Part shown: one piece after another, positions 9,789-21,925 of the stretch
Layout of the letters: each line of letters starts with the position of its first letter
Position numbering within the stretch: the stretch's first letter is position 1
DNA from: Macrostomum lignano
Lineage: Eukaryota
DNA: 64,000 nt
NCBI GenBank assembly: GCA_002269645.1
Contig: NIVC01000896.1
Location: 62,001-126,000 of the forward strand
Reading direction: 5' to 3'
Made by a program: the position numbers and the translations under genes
Notes under the pieces: generated by a model
Told to the model about the DNA's origin: nothing
The model's input: the letters and a program-made list of their open reading frames with translations, nothing else
The model's database searches: none

Positions 9789-12700
9789 CTACAACTCAAT
9801 GTCACCGCCGCCGTCGCTGATATCCTGCGCCTGCTGCCGTCTCCGTCTGCAACATCGACTGGTTTTAGCGAGACGCTCTCCGTCCTCCATGCTATTCGGC
9901 AGCCGACGGCCTCGCGTCTCGGGCACAGCCAGCGCTAGCAAAACCACCAGCAACGGACCAATAGAGAAGATCAGGAAAGGCAGCGGACGCCAGAAGACTC
10001 CAAGCCCCGGCACCAGAGTGCTGATCATCGCCCCAGCCCTAGCAAATGTAGATCCGGTACCAACTCCCAGACTGCGAACCACGGTGGGAAAAACTTCCGC
10101 AGAGTAGAGCCACGTCAGGTCAAATGCAATCAGGACCCAAAACTTTCCTGTCATTGCTGTAGAAATTCGAGCTACAGAGAGGTGACTTTCGCCGAACAAG
10201 AATGCCGTAGCTGCGAGACAGACACCCGCACAGCCGTATGTAACAATGATAGTCACGCGGCGATTGATGCGATAGCTGGCCAGCATGCCCAGTAGCCTAG
10301 ACGGTATCTCAATAGTAGCCGCGATCAGCTGATTGCGATATATGCTGCCACCCAGGTTGCCCATTGCTAACCAGATCCCATAGTAGGCCATGGAAACGTT
10401 AAAAAACATGACCCAGACGATGCAGGTGACCAGGCGCATGTTCGGCTGTTTCAACAGCTGCAGAACGCTGATGCCTTCGTCCCCTGTGGAAGCGGATTTG
10501 TCTCGGAGAGCAATGATCTCAGATGAAAAATTATCGTCACCTAAAGATCGTCTGTTGATCCTTGCGATGCGCTGGAGTACTGAGTCGGCTTGCTTGTACC
10601 GCCTGGTGGACACGAGCCAGCGTGGCGACTCGCTCAGCAGCAGCACCGGTGGGATGGCAGCCAACACAGTCAATCCGTAGTACAGCAACAGGAAATTGTA
10701 GCGCCTCTCAAAGTAAGCAATCAGCGTGCCCAAGTAGATGCCAATTGTCCAACCATTGTGCAAGCCCATGCCCCAAATATTCCGATAGGCTGGAGTGGTG
10801 CTCTCTAACGCCAAAGAAAACGTGGACGACATAAAGCCGCCAATTCCCAATCCAGTGAGAAGTTGGAGGCTCCAGTACAGCCACAGAAGAGGAGCTTGTG
10901 ACGCGGCTATGGTGCAGACTATAATATTGATCAGTGAGACTAGCGCCATTTTCTGACGCCCGAACCTGTCCGCCAGTGCGCCATAGACTGAGCAGCCGAA
11001 TAGGAAACCCACAAAATAGAATGTTGTGGCCAGGTTGGACATCCAGGCTCGTTGACAGACCAGGCCAAATCGCGAGACGGCTGTTTCCTTAATGGTGCAA
11101 AAAGACATTTTTACGATCATACGCTAACTAACTCTAAGTTATGAGTAAGAGCTTGGTCCGATTTTACGAGGTCAAAATAGCATTCTTAGGACTTCATAGT
11201 ATGTTGCCAATGAAGACACTTTGAAAAAGTGACAAAATTTCGACAACTATTGATAAAGCCTCTGAATGAAGTGAATGGGCACTGTATGACAAAGACGCAA
11301 AGTTTAAAGATTAACGAATTCATAAACAGATGTATCCATGCTCTACCGTATATCGCCAATGGAAATTGCTTAGTGTCGGTTCTAGACTTGCATCAGTATG
11401 TTATAAGTAAGAGTGGAACTCCTCCTTCGGTGGAGAAAGGGGAAGAACTCCCATCAACGGAATTCCATTCCCTGAAATATCCATCAACTGAAATTCCATG
11501 TCTTGAACCCTATCTTCCAAATCGTCTCCAAATTCTTTACAAAACCTTTCAAAGACCATAGCTCAAAGACTCTCACATCTCTCATATCTCCTCTTTCCTC
11601 TCTTCGCTGTTACCGTGACTCTCTTCTCTCTCCTCTCTCTCATCTCATCTCTACCCCTACTCCCTTATTTATCTCTTCTCCCTCGTCTTTCGTCTGTACC
11701 CTCTCCTGTCTCTTGTCCCCTCTCTTCTCTCTTATCTCTCCCTCTTCTCTCCTCTCTCATATGTCATCTCTACTCACTTATCTATCGTCTCTCTTAACCC
11801 TCTCTCTCTCTTCTCTTTTCTCTTCTCTCATTTCTCATTTCTCATATCTCATATACGCTCTCACACTCTACTTTCTTGTCTCCCATCTGTCTTTCCTCCT
11901 TTCCCTATCCCCTGACAAACAGCACGTCAACTTTAGAATATACAGACAGACAGAGAGACAGATGTTTTAGAAAGTTTGACAGTGATTCCCTCCTCAGCGA
12001 ATGTCACTACAAACGACCGAGTGGTTTGCAAGCAACACGAGTGAAAACTGTCTCTACTCTTATTAGTGAGCTTGTCTAACAATTCAACCATAAAGAAAGA
12101 CGAAAAATTCTTAAAGCCATCTATGTTGCAATTTACTCAGAGAAGCAGAGAGACTACCATGCAAGACAGAAAAAATAGAGCACAATAACGATAGAACGAT
12201 TCTCAAGACAATTTTGCTGCTGTTTTTTTTCTATTCATTCTTTAAGCTTATCACTTTAGCTTACAGTGTATTTTAAACACGTTTTAAAGTAGAAAAAATT
12301 GCTTATGCAGTGTTAGGTTGCTGAAATCGATGTCTACACAAACCGCTAGCGTTGGTGTAAAATCCCTAAGCAGCACACATGCACCGCACTTACCTGAAAC
12401 ATCCCCGTTTCACTGAATTCGAACGCTTGACAGTCGAATGTCCTCAGCTTTAAACTGTCCGACTTATCTAGCTTCTCAGTCCTCGCCGAGTAGCAGTTGA
12501 AAGTCACTGAGCACTGAGAGTCGATGGCAGTAGAGCTGGCATTCGTGGCTGCGGAAGTCTGGCAATCAGCCGGCAGGGTTACATTGTCGAGGCCGAAGTC
12601 TGAACAGTTGAAAGGCACGCCAGCTGAGGTGAAATTGGCAGATAATGTTATCATTCCTGTGAAGACGTTGAAGAAGGCCGCCGCAGCCAAAACTAACAAA

Positions 12701-12849
12701 TTGTAGCGACCGGCGCCTCCGAGATGATCAAGAACTGCTTCGATGTCTTTAAAGTTGCTCGGCTTGTCGTCCCTCTTTTGCTCGTTTTCGTCAACGAGCG
12801 GGTCAGAGACATCTCTGCTGGGGTCTTTTTCATTGCTGTTGTCTTGCAT
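9789..12849 (-). CDS. SLC22-family organic cation/anion transporter, paralogue 1 (exons 12849-12394 and 11087-9789; ~584 aa)
   Basis: Motifs LDHLGGAGRY, FGLVC, ADRFGR, ESPRWL, AEVFPTVVR and PETRGRRLP. Phase-0 intron CAG|GTAAGT...AAG|GAA at 11088-12393. Confidence 0.93.
11560..11915. repeat. CT-rich low-complexity tract in the SLC22-1 intron
   Basis: Almost only C/T on the + strand; this explains the spurious S/L-rich ORFs there. Confidence 0.85.
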
Positions 12850-13581
12850 TTTCGCATCAGAGTGAAAAATAGAAATTACCCTGTGCTGTTTGAAATTACA
12901 ATTTATGCTGTTTCTGTTCCACACTAACCCCTTAGCTTTTGAGATATTTTGGCCAAGTTGCCAGCCACCCAGCCAGCCACTCAAGTGCAGGAATTGAGCA
13001 GACTTACTTTTCTTTTCGTTATGCTACTGTGCTCACCCATAATTTCATCATACGGCTCGTACATTGGTTTCATGTGCTTAGTAATAAATTGTTACCTTCT
13101 ATTTAAAACCCCAGAAGTAGTTTAGTCTCATTGTATTTTCTGCATCCGAATAATGCAGCTTAATTTAGTTTCCAAAGGATTTTTGCTAAGTATCTGTACT
13201 CATGTAAATGGTCCGTTCAAGTGACGAGATTATGCACATACAAAAGGCGCCTTTTAACAAGACGAAATGTCGGATTCCGGTAAACTCATTTCTTAGCTAC
13301 ATGAGCAGGCACAAAAAACAATTCGACATAATACATTTAAACAAATTTAGGAAAATTTTCAAAGATTTTTATTCCCCTAAATTATCAGAAAAGTGAAATT
13401 ATATATTTTAAGCACACTCACCAGTAACCACTACTACTGCATGGGTACAAGCAGTTAAGGAAACTAACAAGCTTGAAAGATAAAGCAATAAAATGGTTTG
13501 CATTTCAAAGGCGTCACAGTAAGTTATATCTGTAGTTCTTCTAGTTAAATACGAGAGTATCGTGTATCGTATATTTCAAAT

Positions 13582-15371
13582 CTATAACTCGATATCACCC
13601 CTTCCGCTGTCTTCTTGTCGCCGACCGCAGCAGCCGCCGGCCTGCGCGAGTCGCTCTCCATCCTCCATGCTGTCGGGCAGTCGACGCCCCTTTGTCTCCG
13701 GAGCGGCCACAGCCAGCAGAACCACCAGCAGTGGCCCTGCAGCCAAGATTAAAAACGGCAGAGGGCGCCAAACAAACCCCAAACCAGGCACTAGGGTGCT
13801 CACCATTGCGCCAACCCGGGCAAACGTTGATCCGGTACCGACTCCAAGACTTCTAACAACCGTCGGGAAAACTTCGGCAGAGTATAGCCAGGCCAAATCG
13901 AATGCCAGAGTAATCCAGAACTTTCCTGTCATAGCGGTGGCAATCCTTGCTCCGGTGTAGCGACTGTCCCCAAACAGGAAAGCCGTAGCGGTGAGACAGA
14001 TGCCAGCTAACCCGAAAGACACCATGGTGCTCACACGGCGACCAATTCGATAGCTAGCCAGCATACCCAACAGTCTAGCTGGGATTTCCACAGCGGCAGC
14101 AAGGAGCTGGTTGACAAAGATGCTGCCACCGAGGTCGCCGATGCCCAGAGAGATCCCGTAGTAGGCCATGGACACGTTGAAGAACATGGCCCAGGCAATA
14201 AAAGTTACTCGCCGCATGCCCGGCCGCCTGAGCAGGTCCAGTACGCTTGTCTTAACAACCCGCTTCTCAAAGCGTCGACTAATAGCCTCGCTAGAGAAAG
14301 CGTCGCCACCCAAGGATCGACGGTTGATCCTTGCGATTCGGTGGAGCACTGAGTCGGCCTGTTTGAACCGTCGAGCGGAGACGAGCCAGCGCGGCGACTC
14401 GCTCAGGATGAGCAGAGGCGGCAGCGCAGCAGCAGCGCACAAACCTTTATAGAGCAGTAGGCGGCTGTAGCGTCGTTCAAAATAGGCAATAAACGTCCCC
14501 AGGAAAATTCCCACAGTCCAACCGTTGTGCAAGTTGAAGCCCGAGATGCTTCGGTGCGCTGGGTCGGTGTTCTCCAGTGCAAAGGAAAAAGTGCAGGACA
14601 TGAAGCCGCCTATTCCGATTCCAATCAGCAGTTGGAAGCACCAATACAGCCACAAAAAGGGAGCTTGCGATGCCGCAATGGCACCTACGGACATGTTACA
14701 GAGCGCAATTAGCATCATTCTGAGCCGGCCGAATCGGTCGGCCAATGCGCCGTACAATGAGCAGCCAAATAGGAAGCCAATAAAGAAGAATGTAGTAGCC
14801 AGGTTGGACATCCAGGCGCGCTGACACACAAGACCGAATCTGGACACCGCAGTTTCCTAAATTAGTTTGAGTTTTGGTGCAGCTTATTAAAGATTTTACT
14901 GAGGCTCGTCACAGGACTTTGGATGCGTCCTACCTGAAGCGCTCCGGTTGTACTAAACTGAAAACTTTGACACTCGAATGTCTTCAAGACCGAACTCATT
15001 GAGTTATCCAGTTGTCCATTTAAACCAGCTGACTCAGTGCAGTTGAGAGTTACACGACATTGAAGATTATCATCGATAGACGTTGATGGAGCGCAGGTAC
15101 TTGACAGAGAAGAGTTCTCGAAGCCGAACTTGGAACAGTTAAATGGCACATCGGCAGCTGTGAAGTTTGCTGACAAAGTGATCATGCCAGGGAATAAGTT
15201 AACATACACCATGATAACTAAGACAAGCAGGTTATATCGACCAGTGCCTCCGAGGTGATCGAAGATGGCTTCAACATTCTCAAATTTGCAATTTAATTTT
15301 TGATCTTCATGCTCAGCTTCTTCTACGAGCGGATCCAAGACATTCTGGGTGGCGCCGTTCTTATGCTGCAT
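13582..15371 (-). CDS. SLC22-family transporter, paralogue 2 (exons 15371-14934 and 14856-13582; ~570 aa)
   Basis: Same motifs as paralogue 1. A 77-bp phase-0 intron CAG|GTAGGA...TTTAG|GAA at 14857-14933 occupies the same codon position. Confidence 0.93.
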
Positions 15372-16039
15372 TTTGCAGTTAGCTGAGCAGTAACTGCTGG
15401 CTCTGGTGTTGGCTCGGCTTTCGGATTTTCTAACCTTTATAGCTTGGATTTGTTCTGATAATTAGGGGGTCTGGATCTGGATTCACGGGCTCTCTTATCT
15501 GAGCTAAACAACTGCGCCACAGTTAGTACACTTTAAGTCTAAGATAACAGTTATCAACTAGCAATCTAGCGCCCCCCTTCGGGGTGGCCAATAAGCAAGG
15601 GACGAATCCTTTAAAATAAAAAGAATTCTTAGGGAGGGGGGCTAGGAATCGAATTCTCATTTTAATTCTGGGGCTTATGTGCTAATAAAACATGCTTGTG
15701 TAGAATTATAAAACTGACAATTCAACCATACTTGCATTCTTTCAAAGCAATAGCGTACTACTTCTGTAGCGGTTCAAGCAGTACGCTCGGCAATGGCTGG
15801 AAAAGTAGCTACAGCAAAAAATATTGTTACCCAAAGGCAACACAGTTGCCTATCATGCAGAGGCATCACTGGCGTTAAACAACAATTCCTTCTTCACTTT
15901 TAAAAATCACCTTATTCATGTAAAATTGTCACGGACAATGATATTTGCTATGAATCCCTTTTTTTCTAAAATTAACAAACTGACAACAAAATATAGCTTT
16001 CACAAAGATAACAGACATTCCACCTAAATAGAAAATATT

Positions 16040-16265
16040 CCCAAGACAGCAAGTATCCCTCCAGATAGCAAGCACCCCCCTCCAAAAGTAAGCAACAGCA
16101 GATAGCAAGCATCCCTTAATACACGTAGCAAGCTTCACCCCAGATAGCAAGCAACCTGCATATAGCAAGCATCCCTAGATACTGTAGAAGCATCCACCCA
16201 GATAGCAAGCATCCTGCAGATTGCAAGAATCCCTGAACAGCAAGCATCCCTGGACAGAAAGAATC
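16040..16265. repeat. degenerate ~18-bp repeat (GATAGCAAGCATCC core), block A1
   Basis: Repeated GATAGCAAGCA(T/C)CC motifs. Confidence 0.8.
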
Positions 16266-16269
16266 CCAT

Positions 16270-17293
16270 ACAAGTAGCCAAGCTTATCAAGTGCAGTAGT
16301 CCTTGGTTTATCAAGTGCAGTAATCCTTGGTTTATCAAGCGCAATAATCCTTAGCTTATTAAGAGCAATAATCCTTGGCTTATTAAGAGCAGTAATCCTT
16401 GGTTTGCCAAGTGCAATAATCCTTACCTTATTATGAGCAATAATCCTTGGTTTATCAAGTGCAATAATCCTTGGTTTATCAAGCGCAGTAATCCTTGGTT
16501 TATTGAGAGCAATTATCCTTAGCTTATTTAGAGCGATAATTCTTGGTTTATCAAGTACAGTAATCCTTGGTTTATCAAGTGCAGTAATCCTTGGTTTGCC
16601 AAGTGCAATAATCCTTGGCTTATTAGAGCGATAATTCTTGGTTTATCAAGTGCAGTAATCCTTGGTTTATCAAGTGCAGTAATCCTTGGTTTATCAAGCG
16701 CAATAATCCTTAGCTTATTAAGAGCAATAATCCTTGGCTTATTAAGAGCAGTAATCCTTGGTTTGCCAAGTGCAATAATCCTTACCTTATTATGAGCAAT
16801 AATCCTTGGTTTATCAAGTGCAATAATCCTTGGTTTATCAAGCGCAGTAATCCTTGGTTTATTGAGAGCAGTAATCCTTGGCTTATCAAGCGCAATAATC
16901 CTTAGCTTATTAAGAGCAATAATTCTTGGCTTATTAAGAGCAGTAATCCTTGGTTTGCCAAGTGCAATAATCCTTAGCTTATTAAGAGCAATAATCCTTG
17001 GTTTATCAAGCGCAGTAATCCTTGGTTTATTGAGAGCAATTATCCTTAGCTTATTTAGAGCGATAATTCTTGGTTTATCAAGTACAGTAATCCTTGGTTT
17101 ATCAAGTGCAGTAATCCTTGGCTTATCAAGCGCAGTAATCCTTGGTTTATTAAGAGCAATAATCCCTGGTTTATCAAGTGCAGTAATCCTTGGTTTATCA
17201 AGTGCAGTAATCCTTGGTTTGCCAATTGCGATAATCCTTGGCTTATTAAAAGCGATAATCCTTGGCTTATTAAGAGCAATAATCCTTGGTTAT
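16270..17293. repeat. 24-bp satellite (ATCAAGTGCARTAATCCTTGGTTT)n, block B1, with ~360-bp higher-order repeat
   Basis: 24-bp period. An identical run of variants starts at 16334 and again at 16693 (15 monomers, minus 1 bp). Confidence 0.95.
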
Positions 17294-17529
17294 TGCTATC
17301 TTTATCTTAATAAACCTTCGGGGCGCCCAATAAGAAAGGAGCAAAAATAGTTCATGGAAAACAACAAAAAAGCACATTTTCTTAAACACCAATTCCTTCT
17401 TCACGTTTTAAAAATCACCTTATTCGTGTAAAATTGTCACGGACTAAGATGTTTGCAAAATTAAAGAATCACTTTTTCTCTAAAATTAACAAACAGACAA
17501 CAAAATATAGTTTCCCTAAATAGAACATA

Positions 17530-17925
17530 TTCCCAAAACAGCAAGCAACCCCCTCCAAAAGTGAACAATCGCAGATAGCAAGCATCCTCTAATGCTCATA
17601 GCAAGAATAACCACAGATAGCAAGCATCTGCAGATTAGCAAGCATCCCCCAGATAGCAAGCATCCACCCAGATAGCAAGCATCTGCAGACAGCAAGCATC
17701 CCCCAGATAGAAGCATCCACCCAGATAGCAAGCATTCTGCAGATAGCAAGCACCCCCCCAGATATTATAGAAGCATCCTGCAGATAGCAAGCATCCTGCA
17801 GATAGCAAGAATCCCTAAATTGCAAGCATCCCTGGATAGAAAGAATCCCATACATGTAGCCAGTACCCCCTCTCCCAAATAGCAAGTATCCCCCCTCGAG
17901 AGCAAGCATCCACGAGACAGCAAGT
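17530..17925. repeat. degenerate ~18-bp repeat (GATAGCAAGCATCC core), block A2
   Basis: Same core as A1, more copies. Confidence 0.85.
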
Positions 17926-17939
17926 AGCTAGTGCAAATG

Positions 17940-18725
17940 TTACTTCCGCTAATGCAATAATCGCTTTCTCAGGTTGTGCAACAATCCACGTCTCAGCGAG
18001 CGCAATAATCTATTTTTTAGACAGCGCAGTAATCAGCTTCTCAGCTAGTGCAATAATCCTTGGCTTATCAAGTGCAATATTCCTTGATTTATCTAGTGCA
18101 ATATTCCTTATTATCAAAGTGAAATAATCCTTGGCTTATCAAGTGCAACATTCTTTACTATCAAGTGCAATAATCCATGGCTTATCAAGCGCTGTAATCT
18201 TTGGCTTATCAAGTGCAATAATCCTTGGTTTATTAAGTGCAATAATCCTTGGTTTATTAAGTGCAATAATCCTTGGTTTATCAAGTGCAATAATCCTTGG
18301 TTTATTAAGTGCAATAATCCTTGGTTTATCAAGCGCAGTAATCTTTGGCTTATCAAGTGCAATAATCCTTGGTTTATCAAGCGCAGTAATCTTTCGCTTA
18401 TCAAATGCAATAATCCTTGGTTTATCAAGCGCAGTAATCTTTGGCTTATCAAGTGCAATAATCCTTGGTTTATCAAGTGCAATATTTGTTTATCAAGTGC
18501 AATAATCCTTGGTTTATCAAGTGCAATAATCCTTGGTTTATCAAGTGCAATATTTGTTTATCAAGTGCAATAATCCTTTGTTTATCAAGCGCAGTAGTCC
18601 TTGGTTTATCAAGTGCATTAATCCTTGGCTTATCAAGTGCATCAATAGTCCTTGGTTTATAGAGTGCAGTAATCCTTGGTTTATTAATAGCAATAATCCT
18701 TGGCTTATCGAGTGCAGTAATCTAA
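17940..18725. repeat. 24-bp satellite, block B2
   Basis: Same monomer as B1; degenerate at 17940-18060 and homogeneous beyond. Confidence 0.93.
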
Positions 18726-18792
18726 GTGTTTTTATTTAGTCCTTTAATAAAAGCTTTTAATAAAAAATTTTACACTACTACTTTTAAACTAC

Positions 18793-18854
18793 TTAGATTC
18801 GAACCCAGGTCGCTGCATTAGCAGTCTGGTCTGTTCAGCTCTAGGCTAGCTCTC
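18793..18854 (-). other. tRNA-like head (SINE head or tRNA pseudogene)
   Basis: GAGAGCTAGCCTAGAGC...GACTGCTAAT...GGGTTCGAATCT, with the B-box at 18805-18796. The cloverleaf does not close. Confidence 0.5.
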
Positions 18855-21800
18855 ATCGAAGTTATCAGTGAATTTGTACCACTTATATAATTCAACACTC
18901 ACACCAAGTCAGGTAGAGTAAAAAGTCACACGAAGCAGTTATGACATAATCAATTTCTTAGGCAAGTCAGTACCAGTGTCTATGAAAGTTTACAATATGG
19001 TTACGTAATATAAATTCAGTACTGCGCTATGCTTTCACACTTAAAGCTGTGACGCAATTCAATTGAGTGTCAAATTCAGCCAGTACACAGACGATAAATA
19101 AAAAAGCCTATTGTGATGCAATCTATTTCAGAATCAGAATTCAACCAGTCAGTTTTTTCTGCTAGCATTCTTACAGTGCATTTTTCAAGTCGAAAAGTTT
19201 GCTTGACCTTTGCAAAAAAGCATGTTTTTCGAATATTTAATGCCTTTAGCATCGAGCAATTTCTTAGCCACGATGCATGTACAGTCACGGGAAAATTTCT
19301 GATCGAACAGTGCAAGTTCGAACAAAATCGGTCCAGCCATTTTTTCTCTAATCGATCACATAGACACAGACAGACCATTTTTAGTATATGAGATGGACAA
19401 TCCATTTATGCAATGCATGCTCTGGGTTCAACTGAAAATTTCGAAAAAGAGCAGTATATTTTCTGCATTTGAAATGCATTGTTAATGAAGCTAAAAACTG
19501 GCGATTATAATTCTTCTAAAACTGAATTGGTTGCCAGTCACTTCAGGAGGTGCGAAGTGCACACAGTTCGTAATTTAACTTACCTTTTATGATTTAATGT
19601 GTTGATTTAATGATTTAAAGTAACTTAAAAAATGTTTTTAATTCGTGATGAAATCCGTTTCTTTGTTGCAAAATAAAATCAGAAATCTTTAAGTAACAGA
19701 TTTATAACGATTTGAAGTGATTTTAAACTTTCTTTTAGCCACAGAAACTGCGTGACATTTCGCATATTTGTCATCCAAAGTCCGTGCAACACTACTGCAT
19801 TCTAAAATGTAGTATATTTTATCTGTAAAGCAGGGCAAAGTGATTTAACAACCTTAAAAACACGCAGGTGTCACATGTGACACCTTCCCAGCGAGCTAGG
19901 AGGCGTGTATATGTGCCAAGGCGTTCAGTCTTACAAAAATGCAAGTATGGTGGGGCCAGATTACAAAACTTTAGTGTCAATGCTTCGAAATGAGTTACAT
20001 GACTTGTTCTGATATCTGTGCGATCAGTTCCTAACCAAACATACTTGCTCGAGAACTGAAATTCTAATGTGAAGAGACAAAAATTACTCGAAGCAAAACT
20101 TCATCACAAAGAGTAATTCTGTGCACCAAGCAAGAGTACTTGCATTCAATCTTGAAATTAGCGTTTCAAAAGGAGGAGTTTTAATGCCAGCTAAATGTTT
20201 TATTAGGAACAAACTGTAAATTAAACAATACCACTATCAGATATTTTGATGTCTGTTGTTGCTTGACTGCCTCAAATCGTACAACTGCTAGTGAATCCTA
20301 GAATCTTTGTGAAGATCTTTGTTTTAGGCTTACCATACTAGTATACTCATCAACATTGAAAAGTCGCCACCAATTGCTCCAGTAATGCAGCTTCTCACGG
20401 ACCTCTCTTGCAAGCTGCACAGCTTACACTCTATACCGCGAGGACATGCATTACGTAATCAGCACACTGAATAATAGTATGTAACACAAAATATTGATAG
20501 CATTGTTTATTGTGCGCTCCAGAAAGTAATGTCCCAGTCAATTTGATTACTGATGCAAAGGGTGGCGACCTTTCAATGTTACTGATTATTAATACCTAAT
20601 CTGATTTACGCTAAGCCTGTATTTGAGTCAAAGTCTGCAAAACAAGCTTTTATTGCTTTTTATATTTTAAAAGCTGTTTAATAGTAAGTAAGAATTAGGC
20701 ACTCGAGTGCTAATACAGAAAACACACATCTAGTATATTGCATACTGCATATGTCGAATGAAGCAGTTTTATGGGACTTATGAATCGCATAACAGACCAA
20801 AACAATTGCTAATCGTAGAAATATGACATACAGTTGCAAGATTATTAATTAAACTGCATGGTACTAACCGAATCTTCTAAATGATCACAGATAAAAATAT
20901 AGCACTTAATTGAGAAATGGAGCTCTATGAAGAGAATTTTCCATCATTCAACAGTATTTTAAGCGTAAAGTGATGATTTCACTATTTATCAACACAGTAG
21001 AAAAACCTCAAAACAACAAGCCTGCAATGTCTTTGTATGGATCTCTCTTTCATGCGATTTGATGACATTAGCAATTGTACTTTAATCAGACAACAAGTGA
21101 TGCTTTGGCATGCTTGGCCACAGAAGGAGGTTGCCGTCAACCCAAACATTGTGGCGCTCCAACACTGTGCGCCACATTCGCACCTCGTCAGAGACTCGCA
21201 TCGGGGACTTGGGCGACGGCGAGCGCCGATCTACCTGGCTTGGTGCTGCTGCCGTGGCTGTTGCGACAGAAAAGTCTAAAAAGATTAGGATAGATTTTAG
21301 CATTATTTTGCTGTTAATCAGGCTAGATCCTTAGTTTTCTTCATTGTGATATACACGCAATATTTAATTATTACATGGTCCATGCATTTATATAAGTCAA
21401 TAAGTAGTATATGTAGTTGTTATTCGCCGTCATATCAAAAAATGATATTTGTTAAAAAAATAGTGTATTTTTAATAGAGTTTCACGGTTTTGCACTGCAA
21501 CAAATCAGAAACATTGTATTAACTTTCCCGAACAACGTTCTGTCATTATGGATGCACCCAACGTCGATTGAATCAGTTTTTGCCGACGTAATATTTTTCA
21601 TTTTTCTCCACTTTAAATACTCTTTACAAACGTCGGTGCAGTTTAAAATTAGCACTCATTTTCAATTGATGTCGGTTAACGTCAGATTAATGTGAAAATC
21701 TGAAAATATATTTTACGGGTAAGTTCTAGTCATTAAAGCGAGGCAAAAACATCATTCTAACAAATCTATAAGGTTGCAACAAAACAGTTTTAATCGATTG

Positions 21801-21925
21801 CACAGAAATGTTGAAAATTTTATTAGGCAAAGATTCTGTTCAGAAAAACAGTTAAAAATTAAAATCGATGGTATTCGCACAGCAATTCTGTTGTTATTTT
21901 ACAAGTCCAACAGTTTTAATGGGGT

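Larger units (their letters stand above)
15558..18760 (-). mobile_element. probable non-autonomous Helitron-like element, two head-to-tail units carrying minisatellites
   Basis: On -: a GC hairpin GCCACCCCGAAGGGGGGC (15588-15571), 9 nt, then CTAG (15561-15558) followed by T, which is the canonical Helitron 3' end. The segment CTTCGGGG.G.CCAATAAG recurs at ~17316, and a unique block at 15875 recurs at 17382. The 5' end is not resolved. Confidence 0.5.

Noticed and set aside
11503-11970. 155-aa S/L-rich ORF
   Set aside because: CT-rich low-complexity intron sequence.
9750-14824. Multiple + strand ORFs antisense to the SLC22 genes (and similar ones opposite CSPG4 and PKD1-like exons)
   Set aside because: Shadow ORFs expected opposite GC-rich coding sequence; no domain signal.
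16862-17350. 162-aa ORF of (L)SSAVILG/LLRAIILG repeats, and similar ORFs at 18114-18739
   Set aside because: By-product of a 24-bp satellite that lacks stops in some frames; no start context, and frameshifts occur elsewhere in the array.
19000-21900. Short ORFs between the satellite block and SLC22-3, including a GC island at 21100-21270
   Set aside because: No recognisable domain, splice-phase chain or repeat structure.
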